From Bacteroidales bacterium (GTDB lineage: Bacteria > Bacteroidota > Bacteroidia > Bacteroidales > UBA7960), in the NCBI GenBank assembly GCA_007134525.1, contig SLKR01000042.1, forward strand, positions 3,672 through 67,671: a stretch of DNA of 64,000 nt. The letters are read 5' to 3'. The position numbers were made by a program, and so were the translations under genes. Below the pieces are notes generated by a model. That model made no database searches. It had not been told where the DNA came from and was given only the letters and a program-made list of their open reading frames with translations. Position 1 is the first letter of the stretch. Every line of letters starts with the position of its first letter. This document shows positions 1 through 9,886 of this stretch, piece by piece.

Positions 1-1
1 C

Positions 2-898
2 CATATACGCTACATGGCCTGGACAACAGTCCCATCCATACTGATTGCACTGCTAATTTTTATGGTAATCGGGCTCACCCGCGCGCAGGACGGGGCTATT
101 AACGACATAAAGCCTGTACTCGGTGCGATAGAGGGAAGCTTCAGGATAACACCAGTTCTGTTCCTGGTGCCTGCACTGGTCATTACATTGATAATCAGAA
201 AGGTGCCTGCATTGCCCGCTCTCCTGGCAGGCACCCTGGCCGGGGGTGTTTTCGCCCTCATATTCCAGCCCCACATAATCGGACAGGTCAGCGGCATTGA
301 AGATAACTTTTTAAAGGCATCCTATGTTGCAGTAATGAAGGCAATGTATACCGACATATCTGTAACGACCGACAATGCAATGGTAAGCAACCTGCTCGAA
401 ACAGGCGGAATGAGCGGTATGCTTAACACTGTATGGCTTATCATATGCGCCATGATATTCGGTGGTATAATGGAATCGAGCGGACTGCTTCAACGCATAA
501 CAGAATCAGTGATCAAGCTTGCACACAATACCGGATCGCTGGTGGCAGCAACGGCCGGCACCTGTATATTCTTCAACATTACCGCAAGTGACCAGTACCT
601 TGCTATAGTAGTGCCCGGCAGGATGTTTGCCGAAACTTACAAGAAGCGGGGTCTCAGCCCGCAAAACCTAAGCCGCACACTTGAAGACAGCGGAACGGTA
701 ACCTCAGTGCTCGTACCCTGGAACACATGCGGGGCTACACAATCTGCGGTACTGGGAGTACCAACGGTGGCATTTTTGCCATATGCATTTTTCAATATCA
801 TCAGTCCCTTTATGACCATAATCTTCGCATACCTGAACATACGCATATCACGGTTGAGCAGGAAAGAGAAGGATGAGGATCAACACAATGAAAGATGA
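2..898 (+). CDS. nhaC: Na+/H+ antiporter NhaC family, C-terminal part (5' end lies outside the window)
   Basis: The frame is open to the window edge. Polytopic membrane protein. The segment ITASDQYLAIVVPGRMF...LVPWNTCGA is typical of the NhaC C-terminal half. Confidence 0.8.
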   Translation, partial: HIRYMAWTTVPSILIALLIFMVIGLTRAQDGAINDIKPVLGAIEGSFRITPVLFLVPALVITLIIRKVPALPALLAGTLAGGVFALIFQPHIIGQVSGIEDNFLKASYVAVMKAMYTDISVTTDNAMVSNLLETGGMSGMLNTVWLIICAMIFGGIMESSGLLQRITESVIKLAHNTGSLVAATAGTCIFFNITASDQYLAIVVPGRMFAETYKKRGLSPQNLSRTLEDSGTVTSVLVPWNTCGATQSAVLGVPTVAFLPYAFFNIISPFMTIIFAYLNIRISRLSRKEKDEDQHNER

Positions 899-2016
899 AA
901 AATCTCTGCCTTTCGGTAAGCAATGATGTTTACACCGATCAGCGTGTAAACAAAATGGCAATTACCCTTAACAGGATGGGGTTTAATATCAGCATTACAG
1001 GGGTTTTGCGAAAGGACAGCCCGTCATTCAGTCCGGAATATGCAAGTGTTAAAAGGCTTCCGCTGTTTTTTCACAAAAAGTTTCTCTTCTATGCAGAGCT
1101 GAACATACGGCTTTTTTTTTCACTGCTTTTCAAACGGGCCGATATATTTGTAAGCAACGACCTCGACACCCTTCTGCCCAATTACCTGGTATCGCGCATA
1201 AGGCGCAAACCCCTGGTATTCGATGCACACGAATATTTCACCGGTACGCCTGAGGTTACTTCAAGGCCTTTTGTATACAGGGTGTGGAAGAGCCTTGAAG
1301 GCTGGCTTCTGCCAAAACAGAAACACATAATCACCGTCAATGAATCACTGGCTGCCCTCTATGAAGGAGAATACGGTATCAGGCCGGCAGTTGTAAGAAA
1401 CCTTCCACTCTACAGCCCACCTGCAGGAGACAGGGGAGAAATTCCCGGTCTGACGGGAAACACCCCCATTATCCTCCTTCAGGGTACAGGCATCAATATT
1501 GACAGGGGCGCCGAAGAGCTGGTCATGTCAATGAGGCCGGAATACGGGATTGAAAATGCAGTGTTGCTGATAATAGGTTCGGGAGATGTTCTTCCTGTTC
1601 TTAAAAAGATGGTTCAGAATGAAGATCTTGGCGAAAGGGTGATCTTTATGAATAAGATGCCCCCTGACAGGCTGCGCGCATACACCCGGTGCGCAAGTAT
1701 TGGGGTCTCCCTTGACAAGGACACAAGTATAAATTACCGCTACAGTTTGCCCAATAAGATCTTCGATTACATGATGGCCGGAGTGCCCCAGCTGGTATCT
1801 GACCTGCCCGAACCTGTAAGGGTAATAGAAAAATACAATACCGGGCTTATCCTGCCAGATCATAACCCCGGGGAGATTGCCAGAAGCATCAGGCAGATGC
1901 TCTCTGATACACGCTCCTGGGAGTTATGGCATAAAAATTCCCTGGAGGCTGCCAGGGAATTGTGCTGGGAAAAAGAAGAACAGACCGTTAAAGACCTGTA
2001 TGCAGGTATTTTGTAG
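895..2016 (+). CDS. Glycosyltransferase family 4 (GT-B fold)
   Basis: 373 aa. The C-terminal half has the GT4-type EX7E-like region (LPNKIFDYMMAGVPQLVSDLPE). ATGA start/stop overlap with nhaC. Confidence 0.75.
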   Translation: MKNLCLSVSNDVYTDQRVNKMAITLNRMGFNISITGVLRKDSPSFSPEYASVKRLPLFFHKKFLFYAELNIRLFFSLLFKRADIFVSNDLDTLLPNYLVSRIRRKPLVFDAHEYFTGTPEVTSRPFVYRVWKSLEGWLLPKQKHIITVNESLAALYEGEYGIRPAVVRNLPLYSPPAGDRGEIPGLTGNTPIILLQGTGINIDRGAEELVMSMRPEYGIENAVLLIIGSGDVLPVLKKMVQNEDLGERVIFMNKMPPDRLRAYTRCASIGVSLDKDTSINYRYSLPNKIFDYMMAGVPQLVSDLPEPVRVIEKYNTGLILPDHNPGEIARSIRQMLSDTRSWELWHKNSLEAARELCWEKEEQTVKDLYAGIL

Positions 2017-2032
2017 TTAAGAAAACGGTCCA

Positions 2033-2722
2033 CTACTCCGTAGCAGGGTGACCAGTTGCGGTAACCTTTCCACCCTCACACTTGAATATGCGTGCCGGAA
2101 ACTTGCTGAACAGGCTGTAGTCGTGGGTTGCCATGAGCACGGCCCTGCCACTGGTACTTATATCAAGCATCAGATCCATTATCCCCTCGCTGGTTTCCGG
2201 ATCGAGGTTCCCCGTCGGCTCATCCGCAAGTATCACGTCGGGATCATTTATAAGCGCCCTGGCAATTACAACTCTCTGCTGCTCACCTCCCGAAAGCTGA
2301 TGGGGTTTCTTGAACCCCTTTGTAGAAAGGCCTACCTTGCTGAGTACATCCTCCATCCTTTCCTCCATGGCTATCCTGTCTCGCCATCCGGTCGCTTTCA
2401 TGACAAACAAAAGGTTATCCTTTACAGTACGGTCATTCAGCAGTTGAAAATCCTGAAATACTATTCCGATCTTACGTCTGAGATAAGGGATATCCCTGTC
2501 CCTTATATCTTTCAGGTCAATGCCTGCAACCCGGCCGTAACCGTCAACCAGGGGCAGGTCGGCATACAGTGTCTTTAGCAGGCTGCTCTTGCCAGATCCT
2601 GTCCGGCCGATAAGATAGCAGAACTGCCCCCTCTCAACAGACATAGAAACGCCTGAGAGTACCAGGATATCCTTCTGGAATACCGAAACATCCTGTAGTT
2701 CTATAATTGTATCCAGGGCCAT
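2033..2722 (-). CDS. ftsE: Cell-division ABC ATPase FtsE-like
   Basis: Walker A GRTGSGKSSL, ABC signature LSGGEQQR, Walker B ILADEPTGNLD. 229 aa is FtsE-sized. No permease gene is adjacent. Confidence 0.8.
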   Translation of the reverse strand: MALDTIIELQDVSVFQKDILVLSGVSMSVERGQFCYLIGRTGSGKSSLLKTLYADLPLVDGYGRVAGIDLKDIRDRDIPYLRRKIGIVFQDFQLLNDRTVKDNLLFVMKATGWRDRIAMEERMEDVLSKVGLSTKGFKKPHQLSGGEQQRVVIARALINDPDVILADEPTGNLDPETSEGIMDLMLDISTSGRAVLMATHDYSLFSKFPARIFKCEGGKVTATGHPATE

Positions 2723-2764
2723 AATATATTTTTTAAAAAAAACCAGGAAATCCGGCCATAAAAC

Positions 2765-4864
2765 TTACTTCAACCCGCTTCGTATAAGGAATGGCTCGAT
2801 ATCAGGCTCCTGGCCACGGAATTCCACATATGCGTCCATGCCGTCCCTGAGAGCGTTTTCGGCAAGGATATATTTGCGGAACCTCTCTGCCAGTTCCTGA
2901 TTGTACAGATCGCCCGATTCCTTGAAGGCCATGAAGGCGTCAGCATCAAGAACGCCTGCCCAACGGTAAACATAATATCCGGCGGCATAACCTGTTCCGA
3001 AAATGTGATTGAAATAGGTTGTACGGTAGCGAGGCTTAATCTCATCAATAAGCCCCATATCGCTCAGTGACTCTTTCTCAAATGCCCTTACATCTATTTC
3101 GTCTCCATGATCTGCTGTATGCCAGTCCATATCAAGGATGGCAGCTGCAATGTACTCTGAGTTAATAAAACCCTGATTGAAATACTCGGCATTGCGCATC
3201 TTTTCCTGGAGCCCTGACGGCATTGGTTCACCGGTCTGGTAATGAAGTGCATATTCGTTCATGAACTCAGGTTCTCCGGCCCAGTTTTCCAGTATCTGGG
3301 AGGGAAGCTCTACAAAGTCTCTTGGAACACTGCGGCTGGTCCTCCTGTATTGCCCATCTGCAAAGAAGTTGTGAAGTGCATGGCCAAACTCATGAAAATA
3401 GGTAGTCGTCTCATCCCATGTAAGTAGCGCCGGCTGCTCCCCCGAGGGTCTGCTGAAGTTCATAACCATGGTAACTATCGGATAAATCTTTTCACCGTTC
3501 TCATACGAGCCTGACCTGTAAGTACCACACCATGCTCCTCCCCTTTTCCCGGGGCGGGGATGCGGATCAATGAAAAGTATACCAAGATGGCTGCCGTCCC
3601 TGTCAAAGACCTCAAAGGCCTCAACCTCTTCGTGGTAAACGGGAACATTGGGCCTCTCTTCAAAACTCAGGCCGAACAGTTTGTTGGCAAGCAGGAAATT
3701 CCCTTCCCTTACGTTTTCGATTGCAAAATATGGCTGCAGTTCTGAATCATCCAGGTCGTACATCTCCTTGCGAAGTTTTTCGGCATAAAACCACCAGTCC
3801 CAGGGCTGAAGTTCAAAATCACCTCCTTCGCTTTCAATTATTTCCTGCATCTGGTCTCTTTCCTCCTTTGCCAGTGCTATTGATGGTTCCCATATTTGGT
3901 AGAGGAAGTCATATACATTTTCCGGGGTTTCAGCCATCTGTATGTCAATGAAGTATTCCGCATAATTATTATAACCGAGCAACCTGGCCATATCCTGCCT
4001 GAGTTGCATCAGTTCGGCAAAAAGATCCTTGTTGTCATTTTCATTGTCGTTGTCGCCACGCATGAAATATGCCGTAAAAACCTTCTCCCGCAGATCCCTT
4101 CTCTCAGAATACCTCAGAAAGGGTATCCAGCTCGGATTATGCAGCGTAACTATTCCGGGCGCATCAACACCGGCACTCTCTGCTGCATCAGCTGCTGCAG
4201 ATCTAACACTTTCAGGAAGACCAGCAAAGTCATCTTCTGCTTCCAGTCGGAGCTGAAATGCATTTGTTTCAGCAAGCACATTCTCGCCAAGCTGCAGAGA
4301 AATCATTGACATTCTTTCGTTGAGACCCGAGAGGTGTTCACGGTCTTCTTCCGAGAGAGCTGCACCACTCCGGACAAAATCACGGTAATACATTTCCACA
4401 ACCCGTATCTGCTCCCTGTCAAGGCCGAGGTTCTCACGCTGCTCATACACCTGACCGATGCGGGAAAAAAGATCCTGATTCATAAGAATCTCATTATTGT
4501 GAGCCGATAGCAGAGGAGTAGTTTTATGAGCAATTTCCTGGAGCCTTTCATTGGTTTCGGCACTACGCAACCTCGAAAAAACTGCGTTTACCCTTCGCAG
4601 CAGATCACCTGCGCTATCGTAGGCAACAATTGTATTTTCAAAGGTTGGTGCTTCCGTATTGCTTATTATAGCATCAATTTCAGCCTTATGCCTGCGTATA
4701 CCCTCTTCTATGGCCGGCAGAAAGTCTTCGTTGTCAATCTGGTCAAATGGCGGAACATCGAATGGTGTATTGTAATCCGAAAAGAATGGATTTGTACTGT
4801 GTTGTTCACCGCAACCCGGCATTATCATAATAACTGGAATTAATAACAGGAATAAAAATTTCAT
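2765..4864 (-). CDS. dcp: M3 family peptidyl-dipeptidase (Dcp-like), lipoprotein
   Basis: HEFGH zinc motif within M3-like context (TYFHEFGHALHNFF). Lipoprotein signal MKFLFLLLIPVIMIMPGC. The ORF-track start at 4891 is a TTG, so the ATG at 4864 is preferred. Confidence 0.85.
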   Translation of the reverse strand: MKFLFLLLIPVIMIMPGCGEQHSTNPFFSDYNTPFDVPPFDQIDNEDFLPAIEEGIRRHKAEIDAIISNTEAPTFENTIVAYDSAGDLLRRVNAVFSRLRSAETNERLQEIAHKTTPLLSAHNNEILMNQDLFSRIGQVYEQRENLGLDREQIRVVEMYYRDFVRSGAALSEEDREHLSGLNERMSMISLQLGENVLAETNAFQLRLEAEDDFAGLPESVRSAAADAAESAGVDAPGIVTLHNPSWIPFLRYSERRDLREKVFTAYFMRGDNDNENDNKDLFAELMQLRQDMARLLGYNNYAEYFIDIQMAETPENVYDFLYQIWEPSIALAKEERDQMQEIIESEGGDFELQPWDWWFYAEKLRKEMYDLDDSELQPYFAIENVREGNFLLANKLFGLSFEERPNVPVYHEEVEAFEVFDRDGSHLGILFIDPHPRPGKRGGAWCGTYRSGSYENGEKIYPIVTMVMNFSRPSGEQPALLTWDETTTYFHEFGHALHNFFADGQYRRTSRSVPRDFVELPSQILENWAGEPEFMNEYALHYQTGEPMPSGLQEKMRNAEYFNQGFINSEYIAAAILDMDWHTADHGDEIDVRAFEKESLSDMGLIDEIKPRYRTTYFNHIFGTGYAAGYYVYRWAGVLDADAFMAFKESGDLYNQELAERFRKYILAENALRDGMDAYVEFRGQEPDIEPFLIRSGLK

Positions 4865-4895
4865 TTTTTTGATTTTTAATGTTTTAAGCAAAACC

Positions 4896-4916
4896 GGCCG
4901 GAGTCAACCTCCCGGC
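4896..4916 (-). terminator. GC-rich hairpin downstream of the tricorn-like gene (possible intrinsic terminator)
   Basis: GCCGGAG / CTC(C)CGGC stem with a 5-nt loop. On the minus strand it is followed by GGTTTTGCTT. It lies only about 30 nt upstream of the dcp ATG, so it could instead be a 5'-leader structure. Confidence 0.3.
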
Positions 4917-4988
4917 AACACTGATAAATATAAATACGCTGCGCAAATTTACATGAATTTATTATCATGCCTAATAAATCTGACCCTG

Positions 4989-7900
4989 TCAGCGTTGAGG
5001 CCTCCGGTACCTTACAGGTGGCTCAGGTTCCGGCCTAAGTTCTACAGGGTTCTCCTCCAGAAGCCTCAGGGCTTCCTCAACCGCCCTTTCAAGCTGCGGG
5101 TCATGCCCCATAATAACCTTCCCGGGTATCTGTTCCACTTCTATGTCGGGGGCAACCCCTTCGGCCTCAACGGCCCATTCCCCGTCGGTATTGAAAAAGC
5201 CACCACGCGGGGCCATCATCCGGCCTCCGTCAATAAATGATGGTGTATCCCAGATGCCGACAAGACCACCCCAGGTCGTAGTACCTATAAGCGGGCCAAG
5301 TTCTTTCTTCCTGAACATATAGGGAAGAAGATCGCCGCCAGAACCTGCCCTTTCATTTATTATCATAACCTTCGGCCCCCATATACCGGCCATTGGTGTT
5401 GTAAATGGCCTGCGGTCGGCTGCCCTGGAATTGAAATAGCCAAAAAGTTCACGCGACATTATATCTATCATGTAATCGGCTGCAGAACCGCCACCATTGT
5501 TCCTCTCGTCTATTACAACGCCCTCCCTGTCCTGCTGTGCAAAATAGTAACGGTTAAAAAACTGGTAACCCAGGCCACTTGTATTGGGTACATAAACATA
5601 TGCGAGTCTTCCGCCGGATAGTTCATCCACCCTTCGGCGGTTATCCTCAACCCAGCTCATAATCCTCAGCTGATTTTCATTTGCCACCGGAATAACAGTA
5701 ACAAGGCGAGATTCTTCATAAGTTGGTCTGTCATTGACCCTTATCCTGGTCTGCCTGCCTGCGGTTCCTTCAAAATAACTGTACAGGTTGGTAGTTCCGT
5801 CAACCCTAACACCATTAACCTCCAACAGATAATCTCCCTCACGGACATTGATTCCAGGTGCAGAGAGCGGAGCCCTTAAACCGGGATTCCAGTCCTCCCC
5901 GTCGTATATCCTGCTGAACCTCACGTTTCCATTTTCAATCTCATAATCGGCACCGAGCAAACCAACAGGCACCTGTTCTATACCGGGCATATCCCCTCCA
6001 AAGATATAAGAGTGGCCGACCGCCACCTCTCCTCCCATAATGCCGATCACATAGTTAAGGTCGCTGCGGTGCCTCACATGATCAACCCATGGCCTGTACC
6101 AGTCGTAAATATCGCTCCAGGGAGCTCCGTGTACGTTGTCAACATACAGGAAATCCCTCTGCAGCCTCCAGCCTTCCCTGAACATCTGACGCCACTCCTC
6201 TTTCGGTTCTATGCGCATCCTGATATTGTCCACTGCGTTAAGGCGACCATCGCCGGGTGAATGAGTTCCACCCCCTGCATCTACAATGCCCCATGTACCT
6301 CCGCTCCGGTAGAGCAATGCGGATCTGTCGTACGATGTAACAGCATAATTAACAGGGCTCATGAAGCTTTCAGATTCACGCTCATTGAAATTATACCTGT
6401 GAAGCGTCAAACCCTGCTGGCCGGGAACATCCTCAAAATAGAAAACGTATCCTTCCGGGCCTTTCAGAAGGCCTGTGTAATTTCTTGAAGGAATATCCGC
6501 CGCCACTATCCTTCTCATTATACCATCAGGATCGATCTCTGCAATGGAGCTTCCGTTCTCTTCTGCATTTTCACCTTCATCTTCCTCGTCACTTACCGGC
6601 AGAAAAGGTGACACCCCTTCTTTGGAAAGCACCATTACATAGAGTGCGCGGGTTACAGGACTGTCGTATGCACTCATGTCGAGCCAGCCAGTATTGGGCC
6701 CGTAATCGGTGCTTGCAAGGAAGTACAGGTACTCGCCTGACTGGCACCAAACGGGTGTAACAGCATCAGCCATGCCGTCTGTTGCCTGTATACGTTCTCC
6801 AGTTTCAACATTGTAAAGCACTATTGCCTTAAAAAGGCTTTCAAGTGTATGGGCATAAGCTATCCACCTTGAATCTGGTGACCATACTGGTTGCATTGTC
6901 CTTTCAGGACGCACAAACCTGTCGGTGTCTACATGTACTGCCTCTCCGCTCTCAACATCCACATAATAGAGGTTCAGGTGCGTATCTGTATAGGCAATAT
7001 ACTTTCCGTCGGGTGACCATTCCGGCCTGAAAAAGAAGGACGGTTCTGGAAGACTGATTTTGCGTGTCTCACCGAGACCTCCCTGGTCTCCTATGACCAG
7101 ACCATACTCCCCCCCTTCGTCAGAGAACCATGCAATACGGCTGCCATCGGGCGACCATGCGGGGTAGCGGTCGGCGATACCAGGGGTATTAGTTATATTC
7201 CTGGGGTCTCCGTGTTCCCTGGGAACTGTGAACACCTCTCCGCGATATTCAAACAAGGCGCGCTGCCCGCTTGGAGAGAGTGATGCATTCTGCAATGAAC
7301 CCGGTGATACATCCTCCCACCTTGTACGTGACCAGTGGAAGTCGCCTCTGACGTTTATCACAAGTTGTTCTGCTTCACCATTTTCAGGATCCAGAATATG
7401 CAGAGAGCCACCCTGTTCATAAACCAATACTCCGCCTCCTGAACCAATATTCTTTACATCGAAATCTGCATGAAAGGTTTCCTGGTTCAGCACCCTGGAA
7501 TCCACATCAAAAGACCATATATTGGCCGCAAAATCCCTTTCAGAGATAAAATAAACCTTATTGCCGAGCCATACAGGATCCATATGTCTCTCTCCGTCAG
7601 CCTGGGGTGTTTTAATAAGGCTGTGATCCTCAAGGTTCATTATCCATACTGGTTTTGCCTGGCCAGCCCTGTAGTTTCTCCATTCAGGATCCGAGAAGCT
7701 CACCTCCTGGTAGGCTATGCGCCTCCCGTCGGGAGATATCTGTCCTGAAACCGCCCGGGGAACGGGAAGTTTCTCCGGTACTCCCCCTTCTTTATGTATA
7801 GTAAAGAACTGCGACTCCTTAGTCGGGACACCTTCCCTTCCTGAGGTGAACACTATATTTTCACCGTCGGGAGTCCATCCCATTACCCGGTCGGTGCCTG

Positions 7901-8216
7901 GATGCCAGGTAAGACGTTTTGGTTGCCCCCCTTCTGCCGGAACCACATAGATATCGTCATTTCCGTCATACTGAGCAGTAAAAGCAACTAACGCCCCATC
8001 GGGTGAAAAATGTGGCAGGCTTTCGGAGCCTTCATTGCTGGTAAGCCTTCTTGCATCTCCTCCGCCCCTTTCAACGACCCACAGGTCGTTGGCATACACG
8101 AACACTATCTGGGTTTCACTTATACTTGGTTCGCGCAGCAGCAGAGTCCCCTCGGATGCTGTCAGGCTTCCTGACCAGAACCAGATGGTAATGATAAAAA
8201 GTATTGCTCTTTTCAT
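4989..8216 (-). CDS. Tricorn protease homolog (S41 family, beta-propeller + PDZ + S41 core), secreted
   Basis: 1075 aa. Signal peptide present. Repeated TolB-like SPDG propeller blades. The C-terminal S41 region includes NERAGSGGD. Confidence 0.85.
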   Translation of the reverse strand: MKRAILFIITIWFWSGSLTASEGTLLLREPSISETQIVFVYANDLWVVERGGGDARRLTSNEGSESLPHFSPDGALVAFTAQYDGNDDIYVVPAEGGQPKRLTWHPGTDRVMGWTPDGENIVFTSGREGVPTKESQFFTIHKEGGVPEKLPVPRAVSGQISPDGRRIAYQEVSFSDPEWRNYRAGQAKPVWIMNLEDHSLIKTPQADGERHMDPVWLGNKVYFISERDFAANIWSFDVDSRVLNQETFHADFDVKNIGSGGGVLVYEQGGSLHILDPENGEAEQLVINVRGDFHWSRTRWEDVSPGSLQNASLSPSGQRALFEYRGEVFTVPREHGDPRNITNTPGIADRYPAWSPDGSRIAWFSDEGGEYGLVIGDQGGLGETRKISLPEPSFFFRPEWSPDGKYIAYTDTHLNLYYVDVESGEAVHVDTDRFVRPERTMQPVWSPDSRWIAYAHTLESLFKAIVLYNVETGERIQATDGMADAVTPVWCQSGEYLYFLASTDYGPNTGWLDMSAYDSPVTRALYVMVLSKEGVSPFLPVSDEEDEGENAEENGSSIAEIDPDGIMRRIVAADIPSRNYTGLLKGPEGYVFYFEDVPGQQGLTLHRYNFNERESESFMSPVNYAVTSYDRSALLYRSGGTWGIVDAGGGTHSPGDGRLNAVDNIRMRIEPKEEWRQMFREGWRLQRDFLYVDNVHGAPWSDIYDWYRPWVDHVRHRSDLNYVIGIMGGEVAVGHSYIFGGDMPGIEQVPVGLLGADYEIENGNVRFSRIYDGEDWNPGLRAPLSAPGINVREGDYLLEVNGVRVDGTTNLYSYFEGTAGRQTRIRVNDRPTYEESRLVTVIPVANENQLRIMSWVEDNRRRVDELSGGRLAYVYVPNTSGLGYQFFNRYYFAQQDREGVVIDERNNGGGSAADYMIDIMSRELFGYFNSRAADRRPFTTPMAGIWGPKVMIINERAGSGGDLLPYMFRKKELGPLIGTTTWGGLVGIWDTPSFIDGGRMMAPRGGFFNTDGEWAVEAEGVAPDIEVEQIPGKVIMGHDPQLERAVEEALRLLEENPVELRPEPEPPVRYRRPQR

Positions 8217-8334
8217 AATTTTGATTGTTTATGGGGTTTAAAAATAATGCATTATAGCCTTCCGGCAAAGTAATTTCTGCAATAAAGGTAAGTAAGGGCA
8301 CAAGATACCCTTTTTGTTGCTTATATCTTTTTTG

Positions 8335-8342
8335 TAGTTTTG
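8335..8342 (+). promoter_or_regulatory. Bacteroidota sigma-A -7 box (TAgtTTTG) for the M28 peptidase / dms transcription unit
   Basis: Exact TAnnTTTG match 30 nt upstream of the ATG at 8372. A TTTG at 8313-8316 is a possible -33 element. Confidence 0.35.
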
Positions 8343-8371
8343 GGTTCCTTAATAGACTAAATACGAAAACA

Positions 8372-9886
8372 ATGAAATTTATAATTTTTTTAAGGCTTTT
8401 CCTTCTCGCAATAACAGTTCCTGCCGTTGCGGCATCCGGCAATTACGGCAACAACGACAGGGATGCCCTCATACAGGCGCTACACGCAGTATCCGAAGAT
8501 GACATAAGCTCATGGATGCACACCCTGACATCACCAGAAATGAGGGGAAGGTTATCAGGCGATACCGGATATGACAAGGCAGCAAAATGGGCTGCCGGGA
8601 AATTTGATTCATGGGGCCTGGAACCCTTTTTCAGCGAAAAAGGATATTTTCAGGAATTTGACCAGCCCTATACACTCATACATGACAAGGGACAACTTGA
8701 TCTGCATATACCCGCGAACAATGACACTATAACAAAATCATATAATTACGGAGAACATTACTGGCCATGGGGGATTTCAGGGAGCGGTAAGGTAAGGGCG
8801 GAAGTTGTTTACGCAGGGCACGGTTTGTCGGCTCCGGAACTCGGATACGATGATTACGAAGGCGTGGATGTTGAAGGCAAAATCGTTATAACTGAACTGG
8901 GAATACCATACGAGGGTAACGATCCCGACACCCTGTCTATGTGGCAGCCCTATGTTGACCACTCCAATAAAGTGAGGTTTGCCCTGGAAAATGGTGCAGT
9001 GGGGCTTATATTCGCATATCATGTAGCCAGCCCGAGGCCTACTGCAGACCCTGACTTTATATTTCTGGCTGCCTCGGACGAGGTTATTGAGGATCTCTTT
9101 GCAGGTACAGGAAAGGATCTTGAAAAAGTAAGGGAAGGAATAAGGACTACTATGTCGCCTTCCTCTTTCAGTACAGGCAAGGAGGCTACACTTGCCCTGA
9201 CTGCCGGGTATCACCCCGAAGGAAGGACATCAAATGTTGTTGCAATGATAGAGGGCAGGGATCCTGACCTTAAGGATGAGTTCATAATAATAGGCGCACA
9301 TCTCGATCACCTGGGTATGATGCCTGTACTTTTCCCGGGCGCACTTGACAATGCTTCTGGTTGTGCACTGGCACTAGGTGTGGCCAGGGCGCTTGCCGTA
9401 TCTGGTGTGGAATTAAGGCGAAGCCTTATAATAGTCCTGTTCGGAGCCGAAGAGGTTGGCCTTGTTGGTGCCAGGCAGTTTGTTGACCGCTTCCCCTACC
9501 CTGCAGAAAATATAAAAGTGATGATAAACCTCGACATGGTCGGACGGGGAAATTCATTCTTCGCAGTAACTGCAGATCCATGGGCTGAATTGCTCGACAT
9601 ACTGGAAGAGAATAATGACAGATGGGTTCACAGGCAGATGATGACCCGCAGCAGCCCATGGCAGATGCCCATGAGGCCGCGGACTGACGGGATGGTTTTC
9701 TATATGGAAAAGATACCGGCAGTTACATTCGGCACCCGCGGAGCTGAAGGGCCAACGCTTTATCATGTGCCTGAAGACACGATGGACCAGATAGATATTG
9801 AAATTATGAGGGATGTTGTAAAAGTGCTTACCATGAGTGTTGCCGATATCGGCAACAGGGAGAGCATCAGATTGGATACCCTATGA
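8372..9886 (+). CDS. M28 family aminopeptidase with PA domain, secreted
   Basis: Signal peptide present. M28 metal-ligand context IIGAHLDHLG, EEVGLVGA, NLDMVG. Confidence 0.85.
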   Translation: MKFIIFLRLFLLAITVPAVAASGNYGNNDRDALIQALHAVSEDDISSWMHTLTSPEMRGRLSGDTGYDKAAKWAAGKFDSWGLEPFFSEKGYFQEFDQPYTLIHDKGQLDLHIPANNDTITKSYNYGEHYWPWGISGSGKVRAEVVYAGHGLSAPELGYDDYEGVDVEGKIVITELGIPYEGNDPDTLSMWQPYVDHSNKVRFALENGAVGLIFAYHVASPRPTADPDFIFLAASDEVIEDLFAGTGKDLEKVREGIRTTMSPSSFSTGKEATLALTAGYHPEGRTSNVVAMIEGRDPDLKDEFIIIGAHLDHLGMMPVLFPGALDNASGCALALGVARALAVSGVELRRSLIIVLFGAEEVGLVGARQFVDRFPYPAENIKVMINLDMVGRGNSFFAVTADPWAELLDILEENNDRWVHRQMMTRSSPWQMPMRPRTDGMVFYMEKIPAVTFGTRGAEGPTLYHVPEDTMDQIDIEIMRDVVKVLTMSVADIGNRESIRLDTL